Assembly: GCF_009914755.1 (NCBI RefSeq)
Contig: NC_060928.1
Direction: 5' to 3' (one strand)
Source of the DNA: the human T2T-CHM13v2.0 reference genome, Homo sapiens
Length of the DNA stretch: 64,000 bases
Shown here: positions 58,651-64,000 of the stretch, one piece after another
Layout of the letters: every line of letters begins with the position of its first letter
Numbering within the stretch: position 1 is the first letter of the stretch
Translations under genes and position numbers: made by a program
Notes under the pieces: model-generated
Told to the model about the DNA's origin: nothing
The model's input: the letters and a program-made list of their open reading frames with translations, nothing else
Databases searched by the model: none

Positions 58651-59364
58651 GTCATGAAATTGGTTATGTCTCTTGGTTGCAAGGGACAAAAAAACAAATA
58701 AAGCTCCCTCAGTTAAAATGGAAATTCAATGACTGATTTAACTGGAAAATCTAAAGATATAAGGGGTTCAAGCCAAGCTGGATTCACAGGTCAAATAATG
58801 TAATTAAGTCTCCCACTCACTCCATATTTCAGTTCCATTTTCCTCTATGTGATAATTTCTTCTTGGACTGTGCATGTGGTGGGAAAAGGGTGGATTTTCT
58901 TTAATGGAGAACAGTTGTCCTCATCCCCTAGTGCAGTGCAGGAATCAAAACCGAAATACCTAGAGGGTCAAGGCTTGCAGTGTCAATGAGTAAAGCAGGC
59001 TGCTTGGAAGACAAGAGGAAGTAATGGGAACATTAAGGGGAAACTCTAGTCACTGGTGCTATGCAGGAATGCAGGTCCACTGTTGCCAGATACGCCAATT
59101 TTCCATTGAAGCCAGAATGTGAAATTCTGATTTTTAAATTTTGGCAACTGATTCAATTAAACAACAACAATAACACCATTCATACAGAGAAAATATACTC
59201 ATGGGGCATACAGCTTGTGGGTTATCAGTTTGTAAACTCTGCCTTTAAAAGTCTAAGGCCATTTCCTGGCTGCCTCAGGTCATACTTGGGCACATATGTA
59301 CAGAAAGTGGTTCACTAAGTGTGCTTGGGATACATTTACTGTTTTTGAAAATTGACCTCATTTA

Positions 59365-59625
59365 AGTTAATAATCACTAAGTTTATCAAGTGCTTGCTAT
59401 GTGCCAGGCATGGTGCAAAGCAGTTGATACATTTCTTTATTTTCTTACAATAACCCTGTAAAAGAGTTACTGTTATCATCATCATAACCTTTCTATAGAT
59501 GAAGAAACTGAGAACAGAGAGGTCATGTATCTTCCTCCATTTCATGCAGCTGGAGTGACCAAGGATAGGATTTGTACCCCAGCAGTCTGACAGTAGTACT
59601 TAGATTCTTCACCCCTTTGCTTCAG
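59365..59625 (-). repeat. MIR
   Basis: TGCTTGCTATGTGCCAGGCA...TAGATGAAGAAACTGAG...GGATTTGTACCCAG. Confidence 0.8.
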
Positions 59626-59670
59626 ATGGCTGCAGATGGAGATACATATCTTAGAGAAAGTCATGGATAA

Positions 59671-60043
<373 letters not shown>

Positions 60044-60400
60044 TCACCTAGTATGTTAGCCTCCTTATTTTACAGATAGAGAAATTGAGGCCAAAAGCAA
60101 GGTGTAACTTTGACAAGGTCTCATAGCCTGTTAGTGGGTAAGCTGGAATAAGTCCAAAGCCCTTTTGCTGCACCATGAAGCTCTGGGACTTGCTAACTAC
60201 AAAGACTGAAAGTCCATGGTGGGTTTGACAAAGCATTCTAAAGTATTGACAAATTATTTCTGCCATTGCTGTTTCTGGATTGATATATTCTTCATCTTTC
60301 ATAAACCAGACTCTTCAAGGGGGAAATATTTTCTTGTCTTTTTAACCAGCAAAGAAGATTAAACAGTTATTTTTCTCTAAACTGATCATTTCATCCATAA

Positions 60401-60928
<528 letters not shown>

Positions 60929-61093
60929 AAATATCTATTTTCTAAAGCCTTTTTGCCAATTCCTAAGAGATATGTCACCGAGAAGCCTTGAAAGCTGCAT
61001 TTTGTTTACATGGACAAATGGTCATAATGAGCAGTTTCAAAAACACCAAATTCCAATATGTGATTTCTTAAAGATATATACATGTAAATTTAA

Positions 61094-61464
<371 letters not shown>

Positions 61465-61869
61465 CTAATTGGAACACTGGCTGGATTATAGGTCTGTGTG
61501 TGTTCTAAAGTGGTTCTAAACCTAACTACCATAGGCAAACATAGCTCAAGTGTGTCATACCATATAAATATTTTGGAATACAGAATGGAGCTATTGTACA
61601 ACAATGTCTGGAATGCTTAGTTTGGATCAACTAATCAAGGAACAATGAACCTGAAAAGGCCAGGGGAGATTTTTTTTTAATGGAACAAATGTCATTATAC
61701 ATCAACATTGTTTTAAAAGTTATGGTAGCTATATAAATAATTCTATGCCCTGGAGAAATAATTCTCACTTTTTTGGGTAATTTAACATTCTTTGAAATGC
61801 TGTAGAATTTAAAAAATTTTCCATTTTGCTTGGATAACTGCCATACTAGCTTCAAAAGGTGCAGAATAG

Positions 61870-61870
<1 letters not shown>

Positions 61871-61908
<38 letters not shown>
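61871..61908. repeat. (TG)n microsatellite
   Basis: About 19 TG units. Confidence 0.95.
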
Positions 61909-61909
<1 letters not shown>

Positions 61910-63643
61910 TGTTTAAGGGAAAGTAGAGGAAGCCTTATGGGCCACCCAGGGGGTAAACTCACAATGGGAATTCTAAATGAGGGCTCCTTAGCTGGTTGTG
62001 TTTGAAGCTCTGATCCTGACTCCCTTCCTTAGCTGCCATAATCCACCGATGGAGCCTTACCTCGAGAGACAATGCCAGTTTCTCCTCATTGTTATGAGAG
62101 TAACCCTGATGTAAGAACCTCATTTTCCAGGCAAGATCAGGATTTAGCTTCTATTTAAACAGGTCTTTGGACTAGAGCTCTGATTTTTGCCTCCAAACAG
62201 ATTCTTCTAGCTTTGGGTTTTTAAGATCAGTTCTGATTGAGAGGTTAGGAAGACAGTTTTCAGTGTGCCTTCTAATGCTCCCTTTAGGCCTTTCCTAATT
62301 CAAATCTGCATTTGTCTGGGAGCTGTAATAATTTTTTGGATGTGGAAGTTGGGGAATTGGGAAATCAGTTTTAGTTTTGCTGATTATGTTTCTAAATAAG
62401 ATTATCCTTTTGATAAGATTGTAGAATTGAATTATTCCAAAGAATATCTAGACATTTTACCAGCCATCAAAGGGATGACCAAATCTGTCCTCTTCTCTCC
62501 TTACCACTCCCCTCCCCACTCTTCCTCTTCCCTTCTCTCATTTATTTATTATCTATTTGTCTATCTATCCATCTGTATGTCTAACCTCAATCAGTCATCT
62601 GTGAGTCATGTCTTTGTCTACTTTGTTTTGTTTTGATGGAATGGCAGCAAAGGATGATAAGAGAGCAGTAGTTGTCTGAAGTCTCAAATATCACTGGAGT
62701 TTGTTCAAAGTGTTGCGTGAAGGTAGTTCAGTCATACCTAGCTTGTATTATTTGTTGAAATCGTGGTCAAGGAAGAAAAGGACTTTTCTGGGGTTGAAAG
62801 AGGCAAAATTCAGGGTAGTGAAACTTGAAAAATGGAGCAAAGAAAACTTGGTTAAAGATAAGGCTGTAATGCCAGATGACAAAAACAAAAACAAAACAAA
62901 ACAAAACAATGAAACTCCTTTTCTCTTTCCAGAGAGAGAGACTAATGGCCCCAGCTCCTCATGTGGTCTCATTTTCCAGTTGCCCCAAAACTTTCTGCTC
63001 TGAGACCCACTATGGCTCTTCTTTCTGCACCTCTCACCTGGTGAAGCGACCTGTGGCCCCACTGATGCTCAGGCTGTGACAGTACTGCAATGAAAAGAGA
63101 GACCAGGGTCTGGAGGTCCCAACAGCAAGTAGTGCTTCTAGAGAGAACTCCTCCCCAGCCAGCACTGCTCATTGAACAGCTTACAACCCATGATGAGCTG
63201 TTTTTCTAGGAGGCCCTCTTCCATTCCCCAGGCCCAAACGCCTCTGTGAGATATGGGACTAAACAATGACCCACACCTCTTGGCTAAACACTCTGGATAA
63301 CACTGGTTACTCAGCTTCCTCTAGCCTTCCAGGACAGCTCACAACATACCCCACATTCCAATAACCTCAGTGCTAGAAGTCCACACCTCCTAGATCATTA
63401 TCGCTTGTCTCAACACTGCTTTTTACCTTCCCCACTCTATCTTGTTTATGCTGCTCTGCAATCTCAGACTCCTCCACTGCCCTCTATAATTCTTGGTTTT
63501 CCATTACCAAACTTTTCTACATCCCAAAACTGCTCTCTGAACATTTGCTTCCCCTTCTTCCTCTAACTGAAACTTGGCTGTTCCCTGAGGAAATTTCTTT
63601 CCTAGAAGCAGTTTCCTCCCAAATGGAAGATGTCTTGTCTTTC

Positions 63644-64000
63644 TGTCAGAGGTGTTCGAGCTAGAGTGACTCCATCATGAGCAGGGGCTGGATAAAATGA
63701 GGCTGAGACCTACTGGACCACATTCCCAGGAGGTTAGGCATTTGTAGTCACAAGATGAGATAGGAGGTCAGCAGGACTGGTATCACAAGATTCAGGCAAA
63801 ACAGGACACCATAAAGAAGCCAGCCAAACCCCACCAAAACCAAGATGGCAGTGAAAGTGATACCTGGCCATCCTCACTGCTCATTATACACTAACTGAAT
63901 GCATTAGCATGCTAAAAGACACTCCCACCAGTGCCATGACAGTTTACAATACCATGGCAACGTCTGGAAGTTACCTTATACATTCTAAAAAGGGGAGGAA
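63644..64000 (+). mobile_element. MER41 (ERV1) LTR, truncated by the window end
   Basis: TGTCAGAGGTGTTCGAG..GACTCCATC..GGGGCTGGATAAAATGAGGCTGAGACCTACTGG...CCAAAACCAAGATGGC. Confidence 0.85.

Overview
Primate (very likely human) genomic DNA, not prokaryotic. One protein-coding gene is fully resolved: PGRMC2 on the minus strand, with coding exons 27889-27472, 12617-12462 and 11513-11416 (418+156+98 = 672 nt, 223 aa plus stop, GT-AG introns, phases consistent). It has a CpG-island promoter (~27.2-28.8 kb) and a 3'UTR with proximal (~10.25 kb) and distal (~9.47 kb) poly(A) signals. Bases 1-7786 are a defective LTR2/HERV-E-type 'Harlequin' mosaic provirus (+ strand, tRNA-Glu PBS) with an antisense MER11 solo LTR nested in env. 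The remaining ~35 kb upstream of the gene has no recognisable coding sequence and is filled with Alu, L1, L2, MIR, MaLR, MER41 and hAT relics. I found no convincing new multi-gene system. The most unusual unexplained structures are a 45-bp near-perfect inverted repeat inside a MIR (44905-45011), a ~124-bp dispersed direct duplication (35794/36741), an 89-bp duplication in only one LTR of the provirus, and a G-rich in-frame upstream ATG extension of PGRMC2. Repeat subfamily names are from recognition by eye and most repeat boundaries are approximate.
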